Source: Tubiluchus corallicola (Eukaryota; Animalia; Priapulida). Taken from it: a stretch of DNA of 64,000 nt. This document shows positions 1 through 12,891 of this stretch, piece by piece. Within the stretch, counting starts at the first letter, position 1. Each line of letters begins with the position of its first letter. A program made the position numbers and the translations under genes. The stretch spans positions 1-64,000 of the forward strand of contig JAQGDQ010000243.1 of assembly GCA_030141605.1 (NCBI GenBank), read 5' to 3'. The notes below the pieces were generated by a model, which saw only the letters and a list, made by a program, of their open reading frames with translations, made no database searches and was not told the DNA's origin.

Positions 1-583
1 TGAGCAGAGTGTGAGAAAGTGAGAAAAGATTGGACATCATAACAAGTAAGCGAAGTGTGAGACTGAGAGGAAATACTGAACATCACAAGTGAGCACAGTG
101 TGAGAAAGTGAGAAAAGATTGGACATCATAACAAGTAAGCGTAGGGTGAGCCTGAGAGGAAATACTGAACAACACAAGTGAGCACAGTGTGAGAAAGTAA
201 GAAAAGATTGGACGTCATAACAAGTAAGCGAAGTGTGAGACTGAGAGGAAATACTGAACATCACAAGTGAGCACAGTGTGAGAAAGTGAGAAAAGATTGG
301 ACATCATAACAAGTAAGCGAAGTGTGAGACTAAGAGGATATACTGAACATCACAAGTGAGCACAGTGTGAGAAAGTGAGAAAAGATTGGACATCATAACA
401 AGTTAGCCAAGTGTGAGACTGAGAGGAAATACTGAACATCACAAGTGAGCACAGTGTGAGAAAGTGAGGAAATACTCAACATCACAAGTGAGCACAGCGT
501 GAGACTGTGAAGAAAGACTGGGCATCACAACAAGTAAGCGAAGTGTGAGACTGAGAGGAAATACTGAACATCACAAGTGAGCA
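1..583. repeat. 89-bp tandem minisatellite (~6.5 copies, runs off the window start); each unit is a dimer of related 46- and 43-bp subunits
   Basis: TGAGCACAGTGTGAGAAAG... recurs at 1, 90, 179 and onward; both halves have the form T(G/A)AGC..AGTGTGAGA...ACATCA..CAAG. Confidence 0.95.
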
Positions 584-968
584 AGTAACTAAGTGACTGT
601 TACAGATGTTATGAACAAGGCTCTTAGTTACAGACTTACAGCGAAAGAAATTTACGAGCGCCGTCAATGACGATGATTGTACGCTTGTGTGGTCTCCTGA
701 AACTTTGTACAATTTGTAAACTGTGGTCTCCTGTAAACTTTGTAAACTTTATCAAATAACTAGTGAGTGCTCTCAAAATCAGCTCTCGATGAAACTGGGG
801 TTAGTTCCAAGGTCACGAAAGAAATGCCTAAACTCCACCTGAGAACTCAATACTACTAAATTGATAAAAGGCATGACTGTTATTAAGGAACATGAGAATG
901 ACGTCTGACAATAAAAAACAAACGTTTTTTTACAATCACTCGCTTTACTGATTAGAAATTCAATAAAA

Positions 969-2369
969 AACTATGTCACTCTACTTGCGATACCTTGATT
1001 CCTTCAGTATAACTATGTCACTCTACTTGTGATACCTTGATTCCTTCAGTATAACTATGTCACTCTACTTGTGATACCTTAATTCCCTCAGTATAACTAT
1101 GTCACTCTACTTGTGGTACCTTGATTCCCTCAGCATAACTATGTCACTCTACTTTGGATACCTTGATTCCCTCAGCATAACTATGTCACTCTACTTGTGA
1201 TACCTTGATCCCTTCAGTATAACTATGTCACTCTACTTGTGATACCTTGATTCCCTCATTATAACTATGTCACTCTACTTGTGATACCTTGATTCCTTCA
1301 GTATGACTATGTCACTCTACTTGTGATACCTTGATCCCTTCAGTATAACTATGTCACTCTACTTGTGGTACCTTGATTCCCTCAGCATAACTATGTCACT
1401 CTACTTTGGATACCTTGATTCGTTCAGTATAACTATGTCACTCTACTTGTGATACCTTAATTCCCTCAGTATAACTATGTCACTCTACTTGTGATACCTT
1501 GATTCCCTCAGCATAACTATGTCACTCTACTTTGGATACCTTGATTCCTTCAGTATAACTATGTCACTCTACTAGGGATACCTTGATTCTTTCAGTATAA
1601 CTATGTCACTCTACTTGTGGTACCTTGATTCCCTCAGCATAACTATGTCACTCTACTTTGGATACCTTGATTCCCTCAGCATAACTATGTCACTCTACTT
1701 GTGATACCTTAATTCCCTCAGTATAACTATGTCACTCTACTTGTGATACCTTGATTCCCTCAGCATAACTATGTCACTCTACTTTGGATACCTTGATTCC
1801 TTCAGTATAACTATGTCACTCTACTAGGGATACCTTGATTCTTTCAGTATAACTATGTCACTCTACTTGTGATACCTTGATTCCTTCACTATAACTATGT
1901 CACTCTACTTGTGATACCTTGATCCCTTCAGTATAACTATGTCACTCTACTTGTGATACCTTGATCCCTTCAGTATAACTATGTCACTCTACTTGTGATA
2001 CCTTGATTCCCTCATTATAACTATGTCACTCTACTTGTGATACCTTAATTCCCTCAGTAGAACTATGTCACTCTACTTGTGATACCTTGATTCCCTCAGT
2101 ATAACTATGTCACTCTACTTGTGATACCTTGATTCCTTCAGCATAACTATGTCACTCTACTTGTGATACCTTGATTCCTTCAGTATAACTATGTCACTCT
2201 ACTTGTGATACCTTGATTCCTTCAGAATAACTATATCACTCTACTTGTGATACCTTGATTCCTTCAGCATAACTATGTCACTCTACTTGTGATACCTTGA
2301 TTCCTTCAGTATAACTATGTCACTCTACTTGTGATACCTTGATTCCCTCAGTATAACCATGTCACTCTA
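969..2369. repeat. 42-bp tandem minisatellite, ~33 copies
   Basis: Unit AACTATGTCACTCTACTTGTGATACCTTGATTCCTTCAGTAT repeated head-to-tail with point variants and no spacers. Confidence 0.97.
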
Positions 2370-2789
2370 TTAAGGGCGTTACTTAATTCTCTGAAAAAAA
2401 ATTCTTGCAAATATATCATCCCTATTCTTGACACATACGGAGGCACTCAGCAAGGCTGGACCTCTTGGACTCCTCAAGGGGCTGAGCTACAGGGGAATTA
2501 AAGTTAGGGTAATTATTTCAATCGGGAAGTCATAAATTTATGCCGGATATTACGTTAGTTTCTTAATTACAGAGATCAAAGCCAGTGCATTACGCTTTGC
2601 CGTTTTCCTGAGCTGGCTTCGTCGAAAGGCCCCCAAGCAACAAAATTCGCTCTCGTCAACAAAGCATATTATGGTCCGGATCTAAGATTTTTACTCAAAA
2701 CAAATGTCAAGATAACCTGGCTTAGTAATAATAATACCACGAAAACGTGATGGTTCAGAAATTAACAGACATTTATAGAATAAAGATAG

Positions 2790-3283
2790 CAGTTAAAATT
2801 GTCGCCTCTTGGAGCCAACATTAAATCCATGAACACACAATATTAGACAAATACGCACTAATAACAAATACGGCAACAATTCTACCACTAAACAAGGAGT
2901 ACAACTTTGGAATACCCTGCCATCAAATTTAAAACAAATCAAGTCTTTTGACGAATTCAAATCATAATTAAAAATACATACATTAAATCGTTTTGAAAAC
3001 CCAACATACATAAACGATAATATATATTCATCCACAAATTTTATTTACCCACGTCCATTTTAAATTATATGTATATATTGTATATAGTCTATTATAATTT
3101 GCGTGTAACACAATAAATTATATTTTGTTTTAAATTTTTGGCACAGTAGTTTTTAGTTTGCACTGGACGCATTTGCCTTTAACAGTTGTGTGAATTTTAT
3201 TCTCATGCTGCGATGTTCTTTTATGCTTTTATAGTTATGAATATCGATTTTTTATGGCAAATAAAGATTATTATTATTATTAT
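2790..3283 (+). mobile_element. 5'-truncated LINE 3' end (CR1/L2-group ORF2 C-terminus, 3'UTR, (TTA)n tail), family A
   Basis: Plus frame reads NIRQIRTNNKYGNNSTTKQGVQLWNTLPSNLKQIKSFDEFKS*LK (WNxLP...FK..LK terminal motif), followed by AATAAA and (TTA)n; near-identical inverted copy at 54590-54893. Confidence 0.8.
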
Positions 3284-3517
3284 CGCAGTATATATGTGTG
3301 CCAAAACAGAATTCAGCCTACGCGCTATGCATTTGGTATTTTAATGTGTTCAGCTGAAAAGGTGCTTATTCTTCAAGTACGTTTTTATAGAGCATCAAAC
3401 AACGTCTATTGACTTTCAATGGCTCTGCACAGGGTGGCTAGAGTGGCTAGCCCCGGTGGCCAGGGTGGCTAGCCCCGATTAACACAGTAGGGTATAACAC
3501 CGTTTACTACGGTTGCG

Positions 3518-4060
3518 TACGGCCATATCACGTTGAAAACACCGGTTCTCGTCTGATCGCCTAACTTAAACAACGTAGAGCCTGGTTAGTACTTGGATGG
3601 GTGAGCGCCTAGGAATACCAGGTGCTGTAGGCTTGCGGGATGCCCACACTGTATCTCGGCGCTAGGCAGAGGAGGTGCACAAGCAGCCAACGGCTAGAGG
3701 GCGGAGGTCAAGTGACCCAACGCCCATGTGTAACCTTCCAAATCAGGAGTGGAGCCCCGAAGGCGGACCAGTGCAGCATGCTCACTGACTCCGGCAGCTC
3801 CTGCAGCCAACCTGGTGCCAAACGCATCGCTCCGCTTTCCTTTGGACTACACCAGGGAGGAAGAGAGGGGGTTCCTGTTGTCTAGGTAATTCAGGATCTC
3901 CATACACCTTGTCCAGGCGTGCGCCCTGGAGAGGCCACTCCAGTGGTCCAAAGGATCAGACTGCTCAGCCACAGTCGACGCTGCAGTTCCATCAATGTGA
4001 TCAATAACTGGCTCTCTTGGCGCACACTGCACTGTCTTCCAAGACAGAAGGATGTCAACA
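3518..4060 (+). mobile_element. 5S rRNA-derived SINE (SINE3-type), copy 1
   Basis: Near full-length 5S head at 3518-3634, a ~425-bp GC-rich body and a CAACA tail; perfect 12-bp TSD ACTACGGTTGCG at 3506-3517 and 4061-4072; no TTTT inside. Confidence 0.93.
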
Positions 4061-4532
4061 ACTACGGTTGCGCACATGTATTAAATTGATGAACGGGGTT
4101 AATAAAATGAGGTGTGGCATCTGAAAAGTGACTCGGACTTTTTACAATAAAGGTGACGTTCAGATATATCCAAACCTCGCCTTTAATATAAACAGCTCGG
4201 GCACGTTTGGACAGAATCCACAATGATTGTTAAGACTTTTACGCTATGAAATTGCGGGATTTTAAAAAAAGTTTTATTCTTACGTTTTCGGAAACGTTTG
4301 ACCATAACACGAATTCGAATCGAAGCAAATGTATTCTACATTTTTGCTCGTCTAACGTTTTGCTAATGTTTCTTTTTTATTTTTGCGATAACAATAACGT
4401 TTACTCTTCCTTTTCATCGAAACTAGCTGAAAAGGCCACTGACGATGGTGCTAGTCTAGTTGCCATTTAGAAATACTATGATTTTTTTCTCGGTTGGATT
4501 TATTTTTCACTAAGTTATACAAGTTTGCGTAA

Positions 4533-4604
4533 AGGTATTCAAAGGCGACTAGTCCATTCATTTGTTGGTAGACCGAGCACTGCTTAACTTTCGATGCTCA
4601 CACG
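4533..4604 (-). pseudogene. Highly degraded 5S-derived relic
   Basis: GGTATTC..AGGCG...CACTGCTTAACTT.CGATG resembles the reverse complement of 5S; a similar relic lies near 38391-38440. Confidence 0.4.
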
Positions 4605-4940
4605 TAGTCACGTATTTTCCAGAATGTAATTTGATGTGTGCTTGCGTTCACGTAAATATGACATTTTGAAAATATAATAAGCTGTCCATCATTTCTACAA
4701 CATGTTTTGCAATAAATGACAACATAAAGGGCTTTTTCTGCCGCCATATGTATTTGATTCTTCAAAAACGGCTAATGATTTCTTAGATCTGCCTTGATTC
4801 TCATTTTATCCAATAACACCTTGTTAAGTTACAAATTAACGTGATGGAAGCAAAAGACCTTCCTGCCAATGGCAAAATAGTTTTAATGAATGGAATATTC
4901 TCATTTCTAGAAAGTACATGAAATGACATTTACATTGTCA

Positions 4941-5316
<376 letters not shown>

Positions 5317-5820
5317 CTAAATATCTGAAATGTCTTATTGCTCTATAAAGAGGTACACAAATACTTTATAATACCAAATCACGTAAAACGCGATATCAGC
5401 TGCTCATTGCATGAGCAACACGACTCTGAAACGTCTTTGTTTATTGCTTAAATGCAATCTCGTTAAACAACATAGCATGTGGAGTTGATTAAACACAGAA
5501 TAGGCGTCATTGACTAATTTATCGAAGGTAATAACACACGCAACAATTGTCGGGACGTATAAAATAGAGTTTAACCGGGACTTTCTAAGACAGACGTCTT
5601 AAAATAGCAAATCCACCGTATTCACCGTGATCAATGAGTCAAAAATTAATCCCTTTTAGGTGACCAACCATATTCTGCTTTGTCCAGTATTAAATCACAC
5701 ACACTAGAGCGACTCCAACTACTTCGATTAAATTTACCTAGTTACGTTGAATCTCTCTAGCAAGAGTGATCCAACATTGGAATGCTGAAGTGGCTGGACA
5801 GCTACTGGGACCAACGTTGG

Positions 5821-5898
5821 GGAACATAGTAATCTAGCAGTCCTATACGGGTGCCTTATAAACAGAAGGCCCCTGGTTCAAACCCAGGCTATGTTCCA
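5821..5898 (+). pseudogene. tRNA-derived sequence (pseudo-tRNA or SINE head)
   Basis: Acceptor-like stem GGAACATAG/CTATGTTCC and a T-arm CCTGG-TTCAAAC-CCAGG with B box; D and anticodon arms do not pair well. Confidence 0.55.
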
Positions 5899-6373
5899 AA
5901 TTTCCACATTTCCTACTCTTCAAGTTTGGTTTCAAAATTTAATTGATGGGTTTGCACCGTCATTATCTAACTTTATCTGTGTAAGTGTATCAAATTCCAG
6001 TGCCAGACTGTCTCATGGAAATCCATAAAAAGGGCTTGGTTCCTTGTTGTCATAACAATAACTTTAGTGTAGGGTAAAATGTGGGAGAATACGCTGTTTA
6101 ACAACCCGTGCGAGTAGACGGTGAATAAAGGCAGGACCAAAATGTGTTTCGTCTCGTCCAAAAGAAATCACTTTAAATCATGTTTACTAATGTTACATTT
6201 TTGCTGTTATTTAAGTTAACGCCATTTTTATTACATATATGATACGGTATTCAATTTTATAATTTAATAGATAAGCTAATGAATTTCAGCTTTCCTATGA
6301 TTTTTACATGCAGATAATGTAAATACAGATTTAGTGGTGCTAGTGGAAAAATATTGAATATTGACATGAAGTG

Positions 6374-6388
6374 AGAGAAAGAGGAGAG

Positions 6389-6449
<61 letters not shown>
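6374..6449. repeat. (GA)n microsatellite
   Basis: Direct inspection. Confidence 0.95.
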
Positions 6450-6452
<3 letters not shown>

Positions 6453-6578
6453 GCAAGCAAACCTGCTAAAAAGACAATTCATCATAAGACTTTGAATTAG
6501 GTAGTCCGTCACTCAGTAGGCGTATCCTTAACATTGAGTTACACAGTTAATTAGTCAGTTAGAGAGTCGGTAAGATAT

Positions 6579-7126
6579 TGCTGTTGTTGGCATCCTTCTG
6601 TCTCGGAAGACAATGGACAGTGCACCAAGAGAGTCAGTTTTTGATCACATTGATGGAGCTGCAGCGTCGACTGTGGCTGAGCAGTCCGATCCTTGAACCA
6701 CTGGAGTGGCCTCTCCAGGGCGCACGCATGGGCAAGGTGTATGGAGATCCTGAGTTACCCAGACAACAGGAACCCCCTCTCTTCCTCCCTGGTGTGTCCA
6801 AAGGAAAGCGGAGCGATACGTTTGGCAGCAGGTTGGCTGCAGGAGCTGCCGGAGTCAGTGAGCATGCTGCACTGGTCGGCCTTCGGGGCTCCACTCCTGA
6901 TTTGGAAGGTTTACTCCTTTACACATGGCCGTTGTGTCACTTGACCTCCTGCGCCTGCTTTGTGCAGCCCCTCCACCTAGTGTCGAGATACATTGTGGGC
7001 ATCCCGCAAGCCTACAGTACCTGGTATTCCTAGGCGGTCACCCATCCAAGTACTAACCAGGCACTACGTTGCTTAACTTCGGTGATCAGGCCAGAACCGG
7101 TGTTTACAACGTGATATGGCCGTAGA
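6579..7126 (-). mobile_element. 5S rRNA-derived SINE, copy 2
   Basis: 5S head at 7126-7008, same body as copy 1, tail CAACAACAGCA; TSD TCGGTAAGA(T/C)AT at 6567-6578 and 7127-7138. Confidence 0.93.
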
Positions 7127-7674
7127 TCGGTAAGACATAGTTAGACGATTAGTTAGTAAGTGAGCCAGACTATTGAATGAGTTTTTTCTTCTTAGACTTC
7201 AAAGCTTGACCAACCAAGAACTCACTCCCCCATCCATGAGCTAAATAGAGTTAACTATGTTTGGGAAAACGTTCTGAGTGAATGATAGACTATTCCGTTT
7301 ATTTGTTCTGTGCAACCGCATAACATGCGATACCATTTTCTTTGTCACTAATTTGAGGCGCGTGCCTGTTTGACAAATTCACTTTCGTTTTATCAGAATG
7401 AAATTTTCTCAGTACTCAAGGCGATTGTATTTGCAAGCTGTCAAACTTGGTTTGTTCTCCAGCAAGGAAAACACAACCATAATTATGAAAAGGACAGCTA
7501 TTACACAGACAAGCACCTGAGAAAGCAAAGATTCGGTTTGGAAGTCCTGTGATTTTTAAGAAAATTTGCACAGCGTCTGCGCATTCTAATGTGAAAGGAA
7601 TTTAACAGTTTTCGGAGGAAAAATGGACTTTAGCAACAAAATGTATCACGTTGTGGCTTTATATATACATATAT

Positions 7675-8476
7675 AGATGTAGATGTAGATGTAGATGTAG
7701 ATGTAGATGTAGGTGTAGATGTAGATGTAGATGTAGACGTAGACGTAGACGTAGACGTAGACGTAGACGTACACGTAGATATAGATATAGATATAGATAT
7801 AGATATAGATATAGATATAGATATAGATATAGATATAGATATAGATATAGATATAGATATAGATATAGATATAGATATAGATATAGATATAGATATAGAT
7901 ATAGATATAGATATAGATATAGATACAGATACAGATACAGATACAGATACAGATACAGATACAGATACAGATACAGATACAGATACAGATACAGATACAG
8001 ATACAGATACAGATACAGATACAGATACAGATACAGATACAGATACAGATACAGATACAGATACAGATACAGATACAGATACAGATACAGATACAGATAC
8101 AGATACAGATACAGATACAGATACAGATACAGATACAGATACAGATACAGATACAGATACAGATACAGATACAGATACAGATACAGATACAGATACAGAT
8201 ACAGATACAGATACAGATACAGATACAGATACAGATACAGATACAGATACAGATACAGATACAGATACAGATACAGATACAGATACAGATACAGATACAG
8301 ATACAGATACAGATACAGATACAGATACAGATACAGATACAGATACAGATACAGATACAGATACAGATACAGATACAGATACAGATACAGATACAGATAC
8401 AGATACAGATACAGATACAGATACAGGTACAGATACAGATACAGATACAGATACAGATACAGATATAGATACAGAT
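7675..8476. repeat. Compound hexanucleotide microsatellite (AGATGT)n-(AGACGT)n-(AGATAT)n-(AGATAC)n
   Basis: Direct inspection. Confidence 0.98.
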
Positions 8477-8732
8477 TTTTGTGCTGAATGATCTAAGTTT
8501 AATTTACTGTACAGTAAACAAAAGTGAAGTATTCTCATTAAGTATAAGGCACTTTTTCAATTGGTTACACAAGGACAGCGAGAATGGCAATTGCTAACAG
8601 AAACGGAATCACAGCCTCACAAATGCAAGAAGCCTTTTCGGGTAAAATAAATGTCATGCAAGTCTACAAATAACTGGACTGTCTGTAGTCAATTTATATT
8701 TCTATCTCTGCCCCATCCTACTGGTTATACCT

Positions 8733-9212
8733 TCTTCTTCCCAGCTTTTCCCTATGCGGGGTCGCCGTTGTGAATGAGTCTTCTCCACGCATTCCTGTTG
8801 TTGACCATCTCTTCATTTATGTCTTCAATTCCCACAAGATCTTCACCGACTCTTCTTTTCAGGTGTCCATACCATCGCAATCTTGCGAGGCTTCCACTAC
8901 TTTTGCTGTTCCTCTGATATTATTATTTCTAATTTTATCTCTTCTTGTTATTCCCACCATCCATCTCAACATCCTCATCTCCACCACACCCATTTTCTTC
9001 TCTTCGGTCTTCTTTAGAGAAGCTGCTTCCAGCCCATACATTAGAGCCAGGTCTGACCACTTCTTTGTGGACTTTCCCTTTAAGTCTCGCCGACTCATTT
9101 ATAGAAGATTTTGGCGCAGGCGGATGCCCTTCCTGACCCTAACCCTCCCTATTTATCCGGGCTTGGGAGTGAGTTGGGCTGGCTACCCCCCCCCCCCCCC
9201 AGTGGCTACGTT
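8733..9212 (-). mobile_element. Non-autonomous bipartite RTE-derived element with twister head, copy 1 (ribozyme core partly deleted)
   Basis: TSD ATCCT(A/T)CTGGTTATACCT at 8715-8732 and 9213-9230; RTE C-terminal remnant (YGLE...EMRMLRWMVGITRRDKIRN..IRG); (GAA)n tail; homologous to the copies at 34390 and 63135. Confidence 0.92.
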
Positions 9213-9819
9213 ATCCTTCTGGTTATACCTATATACCTATAACGAAAAACTTTTCACTAATCTATGAATTTTTGGGTCTCATGGGACCCTAATGGCGCAA
9301 CACAAAAACTGTTTGCCATACAACAACTGTGTACTTACTGTTTGAGCTGATAGAAAACAAGTGGAAGATAGAAAATATTTCGCTAATGTTGAAAAATTTC
9401 TAGTTTAAATTCTTTGTGTCGAATGTGTAAGTTTCATGAAAGCCAGCCAGTGATTCGCGTGTTGTACATTTCATGGACTTATTTTGGTAATTATTTTGCA
9501 GTGGGTCGCAAAGATGTTGTGTCCATTGCAAAAGCGGAAATGACCAGTGTTGATATTACGACATGAGTGTTTGTCACGTTGGGGGCATGTTTACAAATAT
9601 CAAAAATATTTTTCTCATGCAAACTATTTATCGTAAGTATTCAAACGTTTTGTAACGTTGTACGAAATACCATAGACCATTTAATAAATATCGCATTCCT
9701 TCAGCTCTATCTAATGGTAACCAGAACTTGATGACGAAGCGAGGATTTCGAAGTGATTAATTGCATTTAAAGATTTCCTGTGTTGCCGGTTTAACGAATG
9801 TTCTGAACATCAGTCAAAT

Positions 9820-10176
9820 ATTTTGGGTATTAAATGGCCAAAGAAAATTTCAAACAAAGATCTATATGAAAAAATAAAAGAAGAACCTTGGACAAGAAAA
9901 ATAAAAAGACGTCGTTTAAGATGGATTGGGCATATGCTTAGACTACCTGACGAAATTCCAGTGAAGATAGCTCTTCAACAAGCCATAGAACCAGCTAGAA
10001 AACCTGCAGGAGGACAAATGTTAACATATTCAGATTTTGCACAGAAAGATTTAAACACTTCAGCATTGATCCTTAGAAACAAATCCGCTAGCGGCATTGC
10101 AGCGTGTAGGGAGTCCTGGCATAGGGAGGTGAGCAGAATCATGTCGCTGGACGTATGATTCATTGAAGAAGAAGAA
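9820..10176 (+). mobile_element. 5'-truncated RTE-clade LINE 3' end (second RTE family)
   Basis: LGIKWPKKISNKDLY...IKRRRLRWIGHMLRL is a typical RTE ORF C-terminus; (GAA)n tail; imperfect TSD GAA(C/A)ATCAGTCA(A/C)AT at 9805-9819 and 10174-10188. Confidence 0.85.
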
Positions 10177-10733
10177 AATCAGTCACATCGAATCTGACTG
10201 CAAATAAGTAAACGATTAGTGAACGGGGCAGCAGAGTTCTATCGACTTTCCACTGGTCAACTGTCAACATCCCGAGCAATTATCCTTAATTCTTAAATTT
10301 ACGGCTACGTAAAGTGCATTATATTGCAGATGGACATATCGTATAAATTGAGTTACGATAATTGCGATCGACGAATGTCTGAATGGTGTATACTTAATGG
10401 ATGGGTGACCACTGGGAAAACTGTTGATAGGTGGTTTGGTCTCCCATACGGCCACAGCTATTTCTCTCATTGAGGAAGGACATACACGCATTCAAATGTA
10501 CCTAGCATGCTACTGCCGCTTCAGTTTTCATATTAGATGATTATCCTTGAAGAAAATTAACTAGATTCCGGTCATCCCACAACCATGTACATTAAGTAGC
10601 TTTTGCCTATTATTAAAGATTATTGATTAACTTCGGTCTATTTTGTATACAAAATTAATAAAAAACTTAGTCTGATTATTTAGTAATTACTCAACATGAG
10701 TAAAGTAACTTGCAATGATGTTATGATGAGCCG

Positions 10734-12322
10734 TGGACAAATAACCAATGTGTCCAAAACAGAGAGTGCCCAGGTTGCCCTGTGTGGCCAAAACTACCTA
10801 TGATTAAATGTTTGCGTGGGTCTAAAGTGAAAAACGAAATATTTTGTGTACAATATAGGCCCAATCCCACAAGTGCTTATTGGCAGTGCACAAAAAAGGA
10901 AAAGAAATATACTTGTTTTTAGCACGTTCATTTCAAATATGTCAGAACCTGTCGTTACGCTAAAGTTGTCGCTGGGGTGTTTTGGGGAGAGCCAACAACC
11001 GACATTGGCAGGTTTATCAGACTGTTTTTGTAGTTGCGATGTTCATGTTAAACAGATGAAATCACTGAATGAAAACATGGTTTAACTTTGCGATCTGTAT
11101 TGTATTCGAAATCATAGTCTCATAGTCTATACACATATACACGAAAATAAACAGCAATACACAAAAGTTAAAGTCAATACATCTGGCTAATAGATCATGG
11201 CATCTGAGTCAAAAACGTTTTAATCACCAAAACCGCAGTTTAAGCCTATTCCTTGTCCTCTCATCTTGCTACCAAGTCAAGAGTCCTAGTTATTCACAGA
11301 GAAGCCAAGTAACCCTGTTACATACAAACATATAGCAGTAACAAGTACATACATATATTGGAAACTTTCAAGTGTTTAAACAGATGTCAGCACTGACTTA
11401 GTGGTAATGAAAAACTAAAGTTAAAAACTACAAATCAAAATTATTAATAAACTGTAAATTAAATGCTCGCATCTGCGACAGAACCTGTCTTAATTGTGAT
11501 GTGAGATGTCGAGCTTGCAAACGCAGGTTCAGTTTTATTTTTTTCCATGCTTTTTTGATTCGGCTCTACATGGAGGCAGAAATTTAATAAATTGTAAATT
11601 TATTCTATCATCATCATCGAAACGTCTTGCGCAATTTTCGAATGGCTCCGGTTTATTAAAGGACTGTAATAACGTCAAATAAACCCCGTGATTTAAATTA
11701 CTTGCTGACATTTTAGAGGGAAGTGGGGAGACAGAGACATGCGCATTTCCATAAAATTTGCTATGAATTAAATTAGACGGCCTTTTTACGGTTTCGGCGG
11801 TGATCAAAGATATTCGATTTGAAAGGTAGGAGTGTGCGCGAATGGTGAAGAAGTGGCAACGTCTGACAGCTTCAAAGCTAAAACGAGCAAGGAGCGCCAC
11901 CTGGGAGATTAGCATCTGGTTTGAAAATAACTTGAAATGAGAGAGTCACGCAAATCAGCTGCTGTTAACATTTACAGTGAATCATACACAGGGGGGGGGG
12001 GCGGATTAACCGTTAGGCTAATAAGACTATCGCCTTAGGCTTTTGATAGGTCATCGGACCCCTGAGACCAATTTGAAATTAAACAATGAATGCTATTTGG
12101 CAAACAATATAAAAACTTATTTGAAATGAACGTGCTAAAAACAAGTATATCTGTTTTTCTTTTTTGTGCACTGCCAATAAGCACTTGTGGGATTGGGCCT
12201 ATATTGTACACAAAATATTTCGTTTTTCACTTTAGACCCACGCAAACATTTAACCATAGGTAGTTTTGGCCACACAGGCAACCTGGGCACTCTCTGTTTT
12301 GGACACATTGGTTATTTGTCCA
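10734..12322. repeat. ~205-bp near-perfect inverted repeat pair (10734-10939 / 12118-12322) around a ~1.18-kb spacer
   Basis: TGGACAAATAACCAATGTGTCC...TTTCAAATA matches the reverse complement of TATTTGAAA...GGACACATTGGTTATTTGTCCA; no TSD seen. Confidence 0.9.
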
Positions 12323-12470
12323 AACAGGACATTTTGGACACATGCAGGCCGTTTAAACATAAGAATTCGGCACTTGTAAGACAAGGACATTTAGAGATTT
12401 GCATATTACTCGTGTTCCAATCTTCATCACTAATTTCAAATTACCCCTCTCCAAAAACAAAGCCGAAATA

Positions 12471-12891
12471 AGTGAGTGAGTGAGTGAGTGAGTGAATGAG
12501 TGAGTCAGTAAGTGGGTGAGTGAGTAAGTGAGTGAAAGAGTGAGTGAGTAGTGTGTTAGTGAGTGAGTGAGTGAGTGAATAGGTGAGTGAGTGAGTGAGT
12601 GAGTGAGTAAGTGAGTGAATGAGTGAGTGAGTAGTGTGTTAGTGAGTGAGTGAGTGAGTAGGTGAGTGTGTGAGTGAGTGAGTGAGTGAATGGGTACGTG
12701 AGTGAGTGAGTGAGTGAGTGAGTGAGTGAGTGAGTGACCGAGTGAGTGAGTGAGTGAGTGAGTGAGTGAGTGAATGGGTACGTGAGTGAGTGAGTGAGTG
12801 ACTGGGTACGTGAGTGAGTGAGTGAGTGAGTGAGTGAGTGAGTGAGTGAGTGAGTGAGTGAGTGAGTGAGTGAGTGGCCGAGTGAGTGAGT
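12471..12891. repeat. (GAGT)n microsatellite
   Basis: Direct inspection. Confidence 0.97.

Noticed and set aside
969-2369. CRISPR array (also considered for 28591-29613)
   Set aside because: Head-to-tail repeats with no unique spacers, no cas genes, and a eukaryotic context
3518-3634. Functional 5S rRNA gene (also 7008-7126)
   Set aside because: No oligo-T terminator, several substitutions, and the TSDs enclose 5S plus body as one insertion
3746-3816. HDV-like ribozyme in the SINE body
   Set aside because: A partial P1/P2/P4-like arrangement can be drawn, but P1 has only 5 bp and the L3 loop lacks the CC needed for P1.1
5821-5898. Functional tRNA gene
   Set aside because: D and anticodon arms do not fold; kept only as a tRNA-derived relic
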